Shown one piece after another: positions 36,654 through 46,653 of a stretch of DNA of 64,000 nucleotides (positions within the stretch are counted from its first letter, which is position 1; each line of letters begins with the position of its first letter). The notes below the pieces were generated by a model. That model did not search any database. It was not told where the DNA came from and saw only the letters and a program-made list of their open reading frames with translations. The position numbers were made by a program, and so were the translations under genes. Origin of the DNA: Rhodothermales bacterium (GTDB taxonomy: Bacteria > Bacteroidota > Rhodothermia > Rhodothermales > Bin80); the NCBI GenBank assembly GCA_965218495.1, contig OZ244626.1, forward strand, positions 4,464,196 through 4,528,195. The letters are read 5' to 3'.

Positions 36654-39131
36654 CTACGCGTCGGGCGACGCCGCTGGTCCACGCAATTGTACGCCGTGTT
36701 CGTCGTTCAGCGCCTGCACGATAGCACGGACGGCCCTTTCTACCTCATCGTCACGCAGGGTGCGCTGCGCGCCAAAGCGAAGCGAGAAGGCGATGCTTTG
36801 CTTGGCGTTGCCAACCTCCTTATCCGCGTACAAATCAAACACGGTTACGTCCCGCAAGAGCGGCTGCCCGGCCACTTCGATGATTGCAACCATCTGTCTC
36901 GCAGGCACCGCGCGATCCACCGTCAAGGAAATGTCGCGCGTGACGACTGGGTACCGGCTAATCGGTCGGTAGTGCCGTGCGACATGATTCCTGGCATGAA
37001 GCACCAGTCGCGTCCAATTGAATTCGGAAAAGAACACTGGGGCCTTTATGTCACGAGCGATGCTGACCGCATCCGCCAAACGCCCCATCCGACCTATCTC
37101 AGTGCCGTCGGAAAAAATGGTGACATGGTACTGCGTCAGTGCGGTGGGCTCGTAGGACGACTCCGTTGTGACATTCGGGACGCGCAACACTTCCAAGAGT
37201 GTTTCGACATCGCCCTTCAGGTCAAAGAAGTCGGCTACTCGCGTTGTTTCTCCCCACTCTGCAGGGCCGAGCGGGCCGCTCATAGCCAGGATCAGCGCGT
37301 CGTATTCGGAAAACCCGGGTATGAAGGAAACTTGTTCATGAACGCGATGAAAGACATGCCCAAATTCGTAGAAGCGCAAGACCTCCTGACCATGATTCTG
37401 GTTGTGTTGCATAACTCGCAGAACCCCGGGCACAAGACTGGGTCTAAGCGTTGTCATCGACTGAGACACGGCATTGAGCGTCTCAACTACGGGGCCTCGT
37501 GCTGCCAGGACGGGTTTGCAAAACTGCTCCGCTTCGGCCTTGGAGAGCAGGCTGTTGGTGTAGATCTCCCTGTAACCTCGACCGCCAAGCAGGCCGTATA
37601 CCTCGGTGCGCAGAAGCTCTTCCGGACGCGCGTGCGGGGCTGAGCCGGGAAGCTGTGTACCGTGAAGCAACGGGATATTGTTAAGCCCATGGATGCGCGC
37701 AACCTCTTCGATGAGGTCGATTTCCTGCGACACATCCGGGCGGTGGGACGGTACGCGGCACTGCCAGGTGTCTGGTCCAGCTTCGGAGACCTCAAAGCTG
37801 AGCGCGGTAAGGATCCTTTCCACTTCCGGCGCCGCAACCTCGGTCCCAAGAATCCTGGCTATGCGGGCATGGCGCAGGGCGATGGTCGGCATAATGAGTG
37901 GATTCGGGTGGGCATCGACTCTGTCTTCCACCACAGTGCCGCCTGCCAGGTCGGCAATCAGCGCGGCCGCGCGAGCGGCTGCCCAAGCCTGCCCGTTCGA
38001 ATCAACGCCACGCTCAAACCGATACGAGGCATCGGTGCCCAAGCCGAGCGCACGTGCCGACCGACGCGTGGCCGAGGGGTCAAAGTACGCGCTCTCTATC
38101 AGTACATTTACCGTACTGCTTTCGACCTCAGAGTTTTCGCTCCCCATGATACCGCCTACGGCTATGGGGCGCTGCTGATCGCAGATGAGTACCGTACCGG
38201 GGGGTAGTGCACGCGTCTTGCCATCGAGCGTAGTGATTGATTCACCTGCTGTGGACGCGCGCACAACGATGGAGCTGCCCGCAATATCGTCATAGTCGAA
38301 TGCGTGCAGTGGCTGCCCACATTCGTGCATGACGAAGTTGGTGATATCCACCACGTTGTTTATGGGGCGTAGCCCAATGGCGCGCATGCGTCGCAGGAGC
38401 CAGAGTGGAGAGTCTCCAATCGTCACGCCGCGTACCAGCATCGCTACATAGCGCCGACATTTGTGTGGACATTCGATGGTAACGGAGACGTGGCGCGCAG
38501 CTTCTCCACCCACCTTGGACACACTTAATTCGGGCCGCTGGAGCGGTAGGTCGAAGAGTGCACTAATGTCCCGCGCAACGCCCATGTGGCAGGCAGCATC
38601 CGGGCGATTGGGCGTAATGGCAATGTCCAAGACTGTGTCCTGTGCCGAAACACCTATACGGGTGAGGTACGTGCGAAAGGATTCACCCGGGGCTGCGTCC
38701 TGATTGAGAACCATGATTCCGCTGTGATCTTCGGAAACCCCAAGTTCATCCTCTGCGCAGATCATGCCCATCGATATCTCGCCCCGCATCTTCGACCTTT
38801 TTACCTTCAGTGGCTTTGCCTTGCCCGGCAGCTGCAGCGTGGTCCCAATGGTCGCCACGGCGACCCTTTGGCCGGCAGCCACGTTCGGCGCGCCGCAGAT
38901 GATCTGAATCGGTGACTCGCGGCCTACGTTGAGTTGGCATAGCGTGAGGCGGTCGGCATTGGGGTGGCGCGATACTTCAAGGACACGGCCTACAACGATG
39001 CCCTCCGTGGCGATGCCCCCGGTGTTTTCCTCTTCCACCTCCAACCCGCACATCGTCAACGAACGAGCGAGGTCGCGCGGTGCCAGCGGATAGTCGACGT
39101 AGTTACTAAGCCAGTCGCACGAGATCTTCAT
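36654..39131 (-). CDS. pheT: Phenylalanine--tRNA ligase beta subunit
   Basis: 825 aa. N-terminal tRNA-binding OB fold (MKISCDWLSNYVD...GRVLEVSRHPNADRL), B3/4 and B5 domains and a FDX-ACB C-terminus. Confidence 0.95.
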   Translation of the reverse strand: MKISCDWLSNYVDYPLAPRDLARSLTMCGLEVEEENTGGIATEGIVVGRVLEVSRHPNADRLTLCQLNVGRESPIQIICGAPNVAAGQRVAVATIGTTLQLPGKAKPLKVKRSKMRGEISMGMICAEDELGVSEDHSGIMVLNQDAAPGESFRTYLTRIGVSAQDTVLDIAITPNRPDAACHMGVARDISALFDLPLQRPELSVSKVGGEAARHVSVTIECPHKCRRYVAMLVRGVTIGDSPLWLLRRMRAIGLRPINNVVDITNFVMHECGQPLHAFDYDDIAGSSIVVRASTAGESITTLDGKTRALPPGTVLICDQQRPIAVGGIMGSENSEVESSTVNVLIESAYFDPSATRRSARALGLGTDASYRFERGVDSNGQAWAAARAAALIADLAGGTVVEDRVDAHPNPLIMPTIALRHARIARILGTEVAAPEVERILTALSFEVSEAGPDTWQCRVPSHRPDVSQEIDLIEEVARIHGLNNIPLLHGTQLPGSAPHARPEELLRTEVYGLLGGRGYREIYTNSLLSKAEAEQFCKPVLAARGPVVETLNAVSQSMTTLRPSLVPGVLRVMQHNQNHGQEVLRFYEFGHVFHRVHEQVSFIPGFSEYDALILAMSGPLGPAEWGETTRVADFFDLKGDVETLLEVLRVPNVTTESSYEPTALTQYHVTIFSDGTEIGRMGRLADAVSIARDIKAPVFFSEFNWTRLVLHARNHVARHYRPISRYPVVTRDISLTVDRAVPARQMVAIIEVAGQPLLRDVTVFDLYADKEVGNAKQSIAFSLRFGAQRTLRDDEVERAVRAIVQALNDEHGVQLRGPAASPDA

Positions 39132-39154
39132 ACGTCATGTACGCGTAGAGTCCA

Positions 39155-40186
39155 TCAAAACTGTGACAGGAAGCGGATATCATTTTCGTACAGGATGCGG
39201 ATGTCCTCAATGCCGTATAGCAGCATTGCCGGGCGTTCCACGCCCATTCCGAAGGCGTAGCCGGTATACCGCTCCGAGTCGATGCCCACGGCTTCCAGCA
39301 CATTTGGGTGAACCATTCCCGAGCCCAAAATCTCCATCCAGCGCCCACCCCCGGGAAGTTCCCACCAAACATCCAATTCGGCGCTGGGCTCGGTGAACGG
39401 GAAGAAGCTGGGGCGAAAGCGCACCTTTACATCAGCACCAAAGAAGGCACGCGCGAACGTGTGAAGGACATGTTTTAGGTCTGCCATCGTAATGCCTTCG
39501 TCCACCACCAGTCCTTCCACCTGGTGGAAGAGGCAGTACGACTTGTAGGTGATGGTTTCGTTGCGGTAGACACGGCCCGGAGCGATCAGCCGGAACGGCG
39601 GCTTACCCGCGACCATGGCGCGGATCTGTACAGGTGAAGTGTGCGTGCGCAGCATCACGCCGCCTTCGCCACCCTCGGACGCCTGCAAAAAGAGCGTGTC
39701 CTGCATGTCGCGTGCCGGGTGATCTACCGCGAAGTTCAGTGCGGTGAAGTTGTGCCAGTCATCTTCAATTTCCGGCCCTTCCGAGATGCTGAATCCTATA
39801 CGCTCGAAGATGTCAGTAATGGAGCGCAGTGCGTGCGTAAGCGGATGAATGGACCCGGCCACGCGCTGGCGCCGGCCGGGAAGCGTCAGGTCAATCCGCT
39901 GCTCCCCGGGCGACTGATTGGATCGGACTGCCGTGCGTGCGGTAGTCAAGCGCTCCTGGGCACGCTGGCGCAGGCCATTCAGCGCTATGCCGGCAGAGCG
40001 CCGGGCGTTGCGCGGGAGCTCAGGAATCCGCTTGAAAAGATGCGTGATGAGCCCGTTTCGCTGTCCCAGATAGCGGATCCGAAAGGCTTCTGCCTCCGCC
40101 GCGGTACCCAAGCTGGCGCGCTCGATGTCCTCGCGAAGCAATTCGGCTTCGTCAAGTAACGCCTGTGCAATCGCCCGTTCTTCCAT
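39155..40186 (-). CDS. pheS: Phenylalanine--tRNA ligase alpha subunit
   Basis: [19 protein letters not shown], class II motifs ([25 protein letters not shown]-like [23 protein letters not shown]). ATG at 40186, with a GTG one codon upstream. Confidence 0.95.
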   Translation of the reverse strand: MEERAIAQALLDEAELLREDIERASLGTAAEAEAFRIRYLGQRNGLITHLFKRIPELPRNARRSAGIALNGLRQRAQERLTTARTAVRSNQSPGEQRIDLTLPGRRQRVAGSIHPLTHALRSITDIFERIGFSISEGPEIEDDWHNFTALNFAVDHPARDMQDTLFLQASEGGEGGVMLRTHTSPVQIRAMVAGKPPFRLIAPGRVYRNETITYKSYCLFHQVEGLVVDEGITMADLKHVLHTFARAFFGADVKVRFRPSFFPFTEPSAELDVWWELPGGGRWMEILGSGMVHPNVLEAVGIDSERYTGYAFGMGVERPAMLLYGIEDIRILYENDIRFLSQF

Positions 40187-40197
40187 CACACCAGCGC

Positions 40198-40234
40198 AAA
40201 AAAATCCCGCCAGGCCTGCTGAGCAGGGGCGGGA
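40198..40234 (-). terminator. Intrinsic terminator/attenuator hairpin between rplT and pheS
   Basis: The minus strand reads TCCCGCC-CCTGCTCAGCAGGCCT-GGCGGGA followed by TTTTTTT. This is a 7-bp GC stem with an inner 5-bp stem. The U-run ends 11 nt before the pheS ATG. Confidence 0.6.
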
Positions 40235-40270
40235 ATGTGGCCGAATGAGTCCGGCGCAGCATTGAGGCCC

Positions 40271-40315
40271 CTATAGAAAAAAGGCAGTACTTACGGATTG
40301 CAATCTCGAAATCAT
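40271..40315 (-). promoter_or_regulatory. Candidate pheST leader peptide ([14 protein letters not shown])
   Basis: 14-codon ORF whose ATG overlaps the rplT stop (TGATG). It has two consecutive TTT Phe codons just before its TAG. It lies 36 nt upstream of the terminator hairpin. Confidence 0.3.
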
Positions 40316-40668
40316 CACGCCTCTGTCTTGGATGCCTGCACGACGCGGGTAAAAGCCAGCGGATCATGCATCGCGAGGTCTGCCAAGACCTTGCGGTCAA
40401 GCTCAATCCCGGATTTGCGCAGCGCACCCATCAGGCGCGAATAGGTAGTTCCATTGAGGCGGGCCGCTGCGTTGATACGGACGATCCAGAGGCGCCGAAA
40501 CTGCTGCTTACGCTTGCGCCGATCGCGATACGCGTATTGTAATCCCTTCTCGACCGCATGCTTGGCGACGGTGTAAATCTTGCTGCGGCCGCCCCAATAA
40601 CCTTTGGCCATGTTGAGGACGCGTTTGCGCCGGCGGCGCGAGGCGGCCGTGTTTCGTGCACGTGGCAT
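40315..40668 (-). CDS. rplT: 50S ribosomal protein L20
   Basis: [32 protein letters not shown]... is canonical L20. Confidence 0.95.
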   Translation of the reverse strand: MPRARNTAASRRRRKRVLNMAKGYWGGRSKIYTVAKHAVEKGLQYAYRDRRKRKQQFRRLWIVRINAAARLNGTTYSRLMGALRKSGIELDRKVLADLAMHDPLAFTRVVQASKTEA

Positions 40669-40683
40669 GGTTCTGTCAGTGTG

Positions 40684-40878
40684 TTAGGCGCCGAGAAGCC
40701 GCTTGATCCTTGCCTGGTCACGCAGGTCAACGAGTGTCTTCTTGCCGAGAGCCCGCTTGCGCTTGCTGCTCTTCTTGGTCAAGATATGACTCTTGTAGGC
40801 CTTCGCACGCTTGAGGCGACCCGAAGCGGTCTGCTGAAATCGCTTTTTGGCACCACTGTTAGTCTTCATCTTGGGCAT
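40684..40878 (-). CDS. rpmI: 50S ribosomal protein L35
   Basis: From the internal ATG at 40878 it reads [37 protein letters not shown], canonical L35. The track ORF start at 40959 is over-extended. Confidence 0.93.
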   Translation of the reverse strand: MPKMKTNSGAKKRFQQTASGRLKRAKAYKSHILTKKSSKRKRALGKKTLVDLRDQARIKRLLGA

Positions 40879-40987
40879 GGGCCTACTCCGATGCTGATTC
40901 AGCCCGCTATAACCCAAGCCCCATCCTTGCGTTCCCGTCAATTGCAGGTCTGGGGCCAAAGCGCGAAAAGCACGCGATCTTGACGAC

Positions 40988-41506
40988 CTACTTCGACTTG
41001 TGGGGTGCCAGGATGGTGGTCATGCGACGCCCTTCCATGCGGGCGGCTTGGTCAACCTTGGCTACATCCTCCAAGGCCGCTACCAAGCGCACTAGGACTT
41101 TCATCCCCTGGTCCTTGTAGATGATGTCGCGTCCGCGAAACTGTACGTAGGCGCGCACCTTGTTGCCCTCGGTAAGAAACTCGCGGGCGTGCTTCGCCTT
41201 GAATTCGAAGTCGTGTGTGTCTGTTCGTGGCCGGAAGCGCACCTCCTTCAATTGCGCCCCCTGCTGCCGCTTTCTCGACTCCTTATCCCTCTTTTTCTGT
41301 TCGTAGCGGTACTTGCCAAAGTCCATGATCTTGCACACGGGCGGATCGGCGTTCGGCGCGATCTCTACCAGGTCCAGATTCTGGTTACGGGCCATGTCAA
41401 GCGCGTCTTCAATCCAATAGATGCCGTGCTGGCCCTTGGGATCAACCACTCTCACCCGTTCGGCACGGATATCATTGTTGACCCGCGTTCTTACTTGTCT
41501 TGCGAT
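40988..41506 (-). CDS. infC: Translation initiation factor IF-3, probable ATC start
   Basis: IF-3 N and C domains are present ([35 protein letters not shown]). The track start at 41455 is a GTG inside the conserved N-terminal region. The open frame continues upstream as [21 protein letters not shown]. An ATC sits at 41504-41506, preceded by AGGAG with a 7-nt spacer. Confidence 0.85.
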   Translation of the reverse strand: MARQVRTRVNNDIRAERVRVVDPKGQHGIYWIEDALDMARNQNLDLVEIAPNADPPVCKIMDFGKYRYEQKKRDKESRKRQQGAQLKEVRFRPRTDTHDFEFKAKHAREFLTEGNKVRAYVQFRGRDIIYKDQGMKVLVRLVAALEDVAKVDQAARMEGRRMTTILAPHKSK

Positions 41507-41597
41507 AACGTCTCTCCTGGTTAGTTTAGCAGCGCGAGGATTTCACCCGCGACGATCTTCGGTAAATCAGTTTTTGCAGCAACTTACACGCTTGCCG

Positions 41598-41671
41598 TGG
41601 GTCCTAATGGATTCGAACCATCGACCTCTACGATGTCAACGTAGCGCTCTAACCAACTGAGCTAAGGACCC
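41598..41671 (-). tRNA. tRNA-Val (anticodon GAC)
   Basis: The reverse complement GGGTCCTTAGCTCAGTTGGTTAGAGCGCTACGTTGACATCGTAGAGGTCGATGGTTCGAATCCATTAGGACCCA folds as a 74-nt cloverleaf. The anticodon loop is TTGACAT. CCA is not encoded. Confidence 0.93.
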
Positions 41672-41713
41672 TTGCGCCATAAGAATACGACTCACAACCT
41701 GAAAAGACGTATG

Positions 41714-42343
41714 CTAAAGCCGCAAAGCCACATGAACGACCGGCATTTGGCTCTGGCCCGTCAACCTGAGTGAAACCTCGGTTAAGGTACTATGGTACCG
41801 GCGGGCGCTGCGCAGAGCGCTGAGTGCAGCTAAAACTCTGTTGGCCGCTAGCGTGGCAATGAAGACGGTTCTACGCTGGGCCCACGTGTCGGCTGCGCTA
41901 CGCAGGTTGCGATAGGTCAGCATGTCTGCTTCAGAGCGCCAGTGCCAATGGAATGCTGGATCTTTTACGTATCCGACCTGATCCCATCGCCGCTGGCGTA
42001 GGTGGTCTTCACGGTACGCGTCCGACGACGCGTACGTGCCAAGCGTTACCAGGAAACGGCGGTCTTTGCCGTCCAGTTGTGCACCTGCATGGGCAATAGC
42101 ATAAGTGCGATAGCTCTGCATCGTCTGTTGACGCTGCCACTGGCTGCTTACCACACCGAGCCACAAGCTGGCTTCGGCCAGAGCCAGGTAGCTCGCAGTG
42201 CCGCGCCAGCTACCCTCGTTGAGATACCGATGCCCCAAGCCCGGCAGCAACATACTGAGCGCCGCGGCCTTGCTCGGCGACGACTGGCCAGATGCAGGCA
42301 GCGCAAAGCAGATGAGGACAAAAACTGCTACGTTCCTTTTCAC
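41714..42343 (-). CDS. Hypothetical exported/membrane protein
   Basis: GTG start, signal peptide VFVLICFALPASGQ, then a hydrophobic segment (ALSMLLPGLGHRYLNEG...). No family recognised. Confidence 0.6.
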   Translation of the reverse strand: MKRNVAVFVLICFALPASGQSSPSKAAALSMLLPGLGHRYLNEGSWRGTASYLALAEASLWLGVVSSQWQRQQTMQSYRTYAIAHAGAQLDGKDRRFLVTLGTYASSDAYREDHLRQRRWDQVGYVKDPAFHWHWRSEADMLTYRNLRSAADTWAQRRTVFIATLAANRVLAALSALRSARRYHSTLTEVSLRLTGQSQMPVVHVALRL

Positions 42344-42373
42344 AATGTCATCTACGCATCAGCCGGGAATAAG

Positions 42374-43036
42374 ATGCCGCTTGTTCATGCATGGAACCTG
42401 TCGCCCAAAGAAGCGGTGGCGCTGCAGAAAGCGCTGGCTTCTTCTGTACGGGAAGTACCGCTGAACTATCCGGTTCGCACGGTTGCAGGTGTGGATGTCA
42501 GCATCAAGAATGGCTTGGCCCACGCCGCGGTGGTGGTGCTGGAGGCACCCGAATATATTGTGGTGGACCAAGCCACCGACCGTGGCCGGGTGGAGTATCC
42601 GTACGTGCCGGGTCTGTTGGCGTTTCGGGAGATTCCACCCATCCTTCGTGCGCTTAACAGGCTCAGCACACCGTTTGAAGTTCTCATGACGGATGGCCAT
42701 GGCCGCGTGCATCCGCGCCGATTTGGGTTGGCTTGCCACCTCGGGGTGCTGTTGGATATGCCAGCCGTGGGTGTGGCCAAACGGCCGTATGTAGGTGTCC
42801 ACGGCGTGTTGCCACTGGAGAAGGGTGCCACTGCGCCGCTCACAGACGCCATGACTGAGGAAGTGCTCGGCATGGCCGTGCGCACGCGGCGTTGCGTAAA
42901 GCCGGTCTATGCGAGCGTTGGCCATAGGGTAATGCTTTCCGACGCCGTGGGACTGACCATAGACAGCGCACTGCATTTCCGACTCCCGGAGCCCACTCGG
43001 CAGGCACACCTCTTAAGCCGGCGCACGTTTCGCTAG
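42374..43036 (+). CDS. nfi: Endonuclease V
   Basis: From the ATG at 42374: VAGVDVS, YPYVPGLLAFREIPPILRAL and LMTDGHGRVHPRRFGLACHLGVLLDMPAVGVAK are canonical Nfi blocks. The track ORF start at 42002 overlaps the divergent gene. Confidence 0.9.
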   Translation: MPLVHAWNLSPKEAVALQKALASSVREVPLNYPVRTVAGVDVSIKNGLAHAAVVVLEAPEYIVVDQATDRGRVEYPYVPGLLAFREIPPILRALNRLSTPFEVLMTDGHGRVHPRRFGLACHLGVLLDMPAVGVAKRPYVGVHGVLPLEKGATAPLTDAMTEEVLGMAVRTRRCVKPVYASVGHRVMLSDAVGLTIDSALHFRLPEPTRQAHLLSRRTFR

Positions 43037-45447
43037 AAGGAGGTACGAACCCGAATGTTAATGGTGCGCGGCGTCAGTCGGGTCGGGACGCGTTGCCAGA
43101 TGCCGGCGGCGCCCGGCACCCAGGCGTAGGCTACCGTGTTGGTTATGTCGAAGATGTTAAGTATCTCTGCCGTGAGCTCCAACCGGACGAGAGTGAGCGA
43201 GATCTCTTTGGTTGCTCCGAAGTCCATGCGCCGATAGGCGGGGTAGCGAGCAGACAGCCGGTCCCCCGGCACTTGAGTTTCCACGGTCCCTACGCGCTCA
43301 CCAGGTACCGGCGGAGTGTATGGTAGCCCGCTCCCAAAAAGTGCTCGCAAGTGGAGCTTCCAGGACGGATCTGCGGGAACATAGTCCTGCACATATAGCG
43401 CGACCGTATGCCGCTGATCCGTTGGGCGCGGATTCCACCCGATCCGATTTGGGGCCACGTGCGTGGGCATGAATCGCTCACGTGCCACTAGGATGCTGTA
43501 GTTGATCCAGCTTTCCAAGCCAGGAACGAATTCCCCACGCGCCTGCAGGTCCAGCCCGTAGACATATCCCTTGGCATCGTTCATCCCGGAGTAGCTGATG
43601 CGCACATTCTCCAGCGAGTATGAGATGACGTTGGCGAGATTCTTCCAGTAGCCTTCGGCTCGAACATAGAGCCGGCGCGTCGGCAAAAACAATTCTCCAC
43701 CCATCACGACCTGAAGGGACCGCTGGGAGCGGATGTCGCGGTTAAGGGCGGCGATGAGCGAAGATCCTGGAATTGGGGCGCCACGCAACTCGCGGTATGT
43801 AGGGGCCTGGTGGTATATGCCTAGCCCTCCTACCAACGTGATTCGATCCGAGGCCTCCAAGCGCATGGAAAGGCGTGGGGACCAAGTCCATTCGCGATTA
43901 AACGAGAAGTAGTCGGCGCGCATTCCCGCAGTTACCGCAAACTCCGGCGTGGCCTGATAGGCATCTTGGGCGTAGAGCCCAAATTGCGCTTCGCTGAAGC
44001 GGGCAGTGCCTCGAATGCTGTCCACTACCACGCGGACAAGATCACCACTGGTGCTCTGCCCTTCTACTGTAGAGTGCTCGCTGATACGGTCATCGAACCG
44101 CAGGCGGCGAACGGACCACCCGGCTTCAGCGACATGGCGCATCATCAGAAGCTCATACCTGCCTTTGGCGGTGTAAGTTGTTACGCGGACGCGGTTGTCA
44201 GCAAAATCTTCTTGCTTGGCGTTACCCCGCGGGACTAAGGCACTCTCGCCACCTGGCTCCGTTGCCACATCGTAGATGATGGTGTTACCCGCCAGTTCAA
44301 GCTGCTCCGTCTCCTGAGTCCGAAACACGGACCCGTCGTGTGTAGCCTGCAGACGTTGAGCGAGGTTCGACTGGAGGCGCAGGCCAGCAAACTGCGTCGT
44401 GTACCCATCCTGTTCCTGGCTTTTGTCATCATACTGAATCCAGACGGATCTAAGGCCTTCCGGGCCGCCACTACCGGAGGCGATGCCGTAGTACGTGCGC
44501 CTGCTGCGCGGATCCAGCGCGAACTCGTGGTTGGCCCACACGCCGATGAGCTCAATGACATGGTGCTGGGACAGGGCGTAACGCAAAAGGCCCTGTGCGT
44601 CCGTGTAGTCCGGCTGGTAGTTGCCCTTAAGCTCTTGTGTCGAAAAGAAGCGGCGCGCCTGCGCCTTGCGAATGCCTAGGAGCCACCCGAGTGGCCCACG
44701 CGTGGCGGAGGCGGTTGCACCGGCGTCCAGAAGCGAAACGCTGGCGGATGTCCGCAAGGAGTCCGAAGCGGCATACTGGATGTCAAGCGATGAGGAAATC
44801 TTGCCGCCGTAGCGGGCCGGAAAGCCCCCCGTGTAAAGTGTGATGCGCTGGGCGAGGTCCGGGTTGAGCAGGCCCAGGCCTTCTTGCTCTCCTTGGCGTG
44901 GTCGAAACGGCATATAGATTTCGAAGCCGTTCAAGAAGATCAGGTTTTCGTTGAATCCGCCGCCACGCACCGAGTACTGATTGGAGAGCTCGTTGGCGGA
45001 CGCCACGCCGGGCAGCGAGGCAAGTGCCTGGAATCCCTTGAACGGAGTAGGAATTTCTCGCATCCGTTCGGGATCCAGATGCTGTATCCCTGCGCCTTCA
45101 GTGTTGTGGCCTTCGATAGTGACCGGGCCCATTTCGACTACTGCGGGCGTTAGTGTTACCGTGAGTTCAAAGGGCACGTTGCGGAGGACTGTTACGCTGT
45201 CTACGCGCGCGGCATAGCCTATGAATGAAAAGCGCAATGCATAGCGTCCAACCGGCAGCCGCAACGAGTAGTGGCCGTCCACCGTAGTGGCCGTACCGAA
45301 ATCGGTACCGTCAACGACCACGCTTACCCTAGGCAGCGCAAGCTGAGTGGGGAACTGATATACATATCCCGTGACTGTACCCCAGACTTGGGCTTGGCAC
45401 GGATTGACGACGAAAAGCGCCGCTGCAAGCGCAAACAAGCTCCGCAT
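43033..45447 (-). CDS. TonB-dependent receptor with N-terminal carboxypeptidase-regulatory-like domain
   Basis: Signal peptide. CarbopepD_reg-like GTVTGYVY...VVVDGTDFGTATTVDGHYSL. Plug region, 22-strand-like barrel, C-terminal NIRVRTSF. Confidence 0.9.
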   Translation of the reverse strand: MRSLFALAAALFVVNPCQAQVWGTVTGYVYQFPTQLALPRVSVVVDGTDFGTATTVDGHYSLRLPVGRYALRFSFIGYAARVDSVTVLRNVPFELTVTLTPAVVEMGPVTIEGHNTEGAGIQHLDPERMREIPTPFKGFQALASLPGVASANELSNQYSVRGGGFNENLIFLNGFEIYMPFRPRQGEQEGLGLLNPDLAQRITLYTGGFPARYGGKISSSLDIQYAASDSLRTSASVSLLDAGATASATRGPLGWLLGIRKAQARRFFSTQELKGNYQPDYTDAQGLLRYALSQHHVIELIGVWANHEFALDPRSRRTYYGIASGSGGPEGLRSVWIQYDDKSQEQDGYTTQFAGLRLQSNLAQRLQATHDGSVFRTQETEQLELAGNTIIYDVATEPGGESALVPRGNAKQEDFADNRVRVTTYTAKGRYELLMMRHVAEAGWSVRRLRFDDRISEHSTVEGQSTSGDLVRVVVDSIRGTARFSEAQFGLYAQDAYQATPEFAVTAGMRADYFSFNREWTWSPRLSMRLEASDRITLVGGLGIYHQAPTYRELRGAPIPGSSLIAALNRDIRSQRSLQVVMGGELFLPTRRLYVRAEGYWKNLANVISYSLENVRISYSGMNDAKGYVYGLDLQARGEFVPGLESWINYSILVARERFMPTHVAPNRIGWNPRPTDQRHTVALYVQDYVPADPSWKLHLRALFGSGLPYTPPVPGERVGTVETQVPGDRLSARYPAYRRMDFGATKEISLTLVRLELTAEILNIFDITNTVAYAWVPGAAGIWQRVPTRLTPRTINIRVRTSF

Positions 45448-45503
45448 GCTGCCGAAAGTAAACGTAGTAGTGAGCAGTAGCGGTTTGCGGCGGGCATCGG
45501 GGT

Positions 45504-46475
45504 TTATTGAGACCAGCCTGTGGGCATTCGATCCCAGCGGTGATCATGCAACGCCTGCATGAGAGAATCGTTCAGCGGGCCCGCGTTGCTGGTGGCCATG
45601 TTTGCTGCAACGTGGCGCAGTTTGCGCATGCCGGGGATGACAGTGCTGATGGCACGTTCGCCTAGGATGAAGCGGAGTGCCACTTCGGCCATGGTGCACC
45701 CTGCGGGGATGAGGGGGCGCAGCGCGTCCGCGCGATCTACACTGCATCGCAGGTTTTCTTCTACAAAGTAGGTGCTGCGCCAGTCACCTTCAGGCCAGGT
45801 GCTCTTGAGTGTCAGCGTGCCGGTCAGTGTGCCTTCATCAAACGGGACCCGAGCGATGACGCCTACACCATGCTCGCGACATGCGGGCAGGAGTACGTCT
45901 ATCGGATTTTGATCGAAGATATTGTAGATCACTTGGACGCAGTCAACGAGGCCGCTCCGGACTGCCTTCACGCCGTTCCATGGTTCCCAGCGGTTGAGGC
46001 TGATGCCGATGGCGCGGATGTTTCCTTGCTCCTTTTGGCACAAGAGTTCCTGAACCCACCGGTCGTCCTCCAACCAGGCGTCTTCCCAGGTATGCAGCTG
46101 CATGAGGTCAATGGCGGCCAAGCCGGTATTCTCCAAGCTGCGCTCAGTGTATTCGCGGACGTGGTCAGGCGGATAGCAATCATCAAGCGTGTGCGTGCGG
46201 CGGCTCGGCCACTGGCGGTTCCTGGGTGGCACTTTGGAAGCGGTAAAGAGGCGCTTGTCCGGGTTGGCCCTAGTCAGGCGGCCCAGAAGTTGTTCGCTAT
46301 GGCCGTCTCCATACGCCCAAGCCGTGTCAAAAAAGTTGCAGCCGAGTGCGACGGCCCGCTGCAGTGACTGGAGCGATTCGTCATCGTGAGAGCCCGTCCA
46401 GCCGGCCATGCCCCACATACCGTAGCCTATTTCGCTAACCTGCCACCCTGTGCGTCCGAGGGAGCGGTATTTCAT
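45504..46475 (-). CDS. Aldo/keto reductase
   Basis: MKYRSLGRTGWQVSEIGYGMWGM...FFDTAWAYGDGHSEQLLG is the AKR signature. Confidence 0.9.
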   Translation of the reverse strand: MKYRSLGRTGWQVSEIGYGMWGMAGWTGSHDDESLQSLQRAVALGCNFFDTAWAYGDGHSEQLLGRLTRANPDKRLFTASKVPPRNRQWPSRRTHTLDDCYPPDHVREYTERSLENTGLAAIDLMQLHTWEDAWLEDDRWVQELLCQKEQGNIRAIGISLNRWEPWNGVKAVRSGLVDCVQVIYNIFDQNPIDVLLPACREHGVGVIARVPFDEGTLTGTLTLKSTWPEGDWRSTYFVEENLRCSVDRADALRPLIPAGCTMAEVALRFILGERAISTVIPGMRKLRHVAANMATSNAGPLNDSLMQALHDHRWDRMPTGWSQ

Positions 46476-46653
46476 GCCTTAGAGGTGTTATTACTGTACA
46501 ATGTGTTCTGATTCTGATACACCAGCAGGCCTGAATACGCTTCGAAAGGGGCTTCTGGTTCACTAGGCCTAGTATTTGCATACGAATTTAGCAAAGGATG
46601 TACCGATCGGCAGTCACCGACGTTAGATCCAACGAAGTTGTTATCTTCCGCAC

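Noticed and set aside
36312-37643. 443-aa plus-strand ORF
   Set aside because: It lies entirely antisense to pheT and the zapB-like gene, has no recognisable motifs and has the skewed composition typical of a shadow ORF in GC-rich DNA.
42002-42373. N-terminal 124 codons of the 344-aa track ORF containing nfi
   Set aside because: This part overlaps the divergent gene 41714-42343 and does not resemble endonuclease V. The Nfi homology starts at the ATG at 42374.
45448-45503. Possible cobalamin or other riboswitch upstream of the TonB-dependent receptor
   Set aside because: The spacer to the upstream gene is only 56 bp, too short for a riboswitch aptamer, and no B12-box-like sequence is present.
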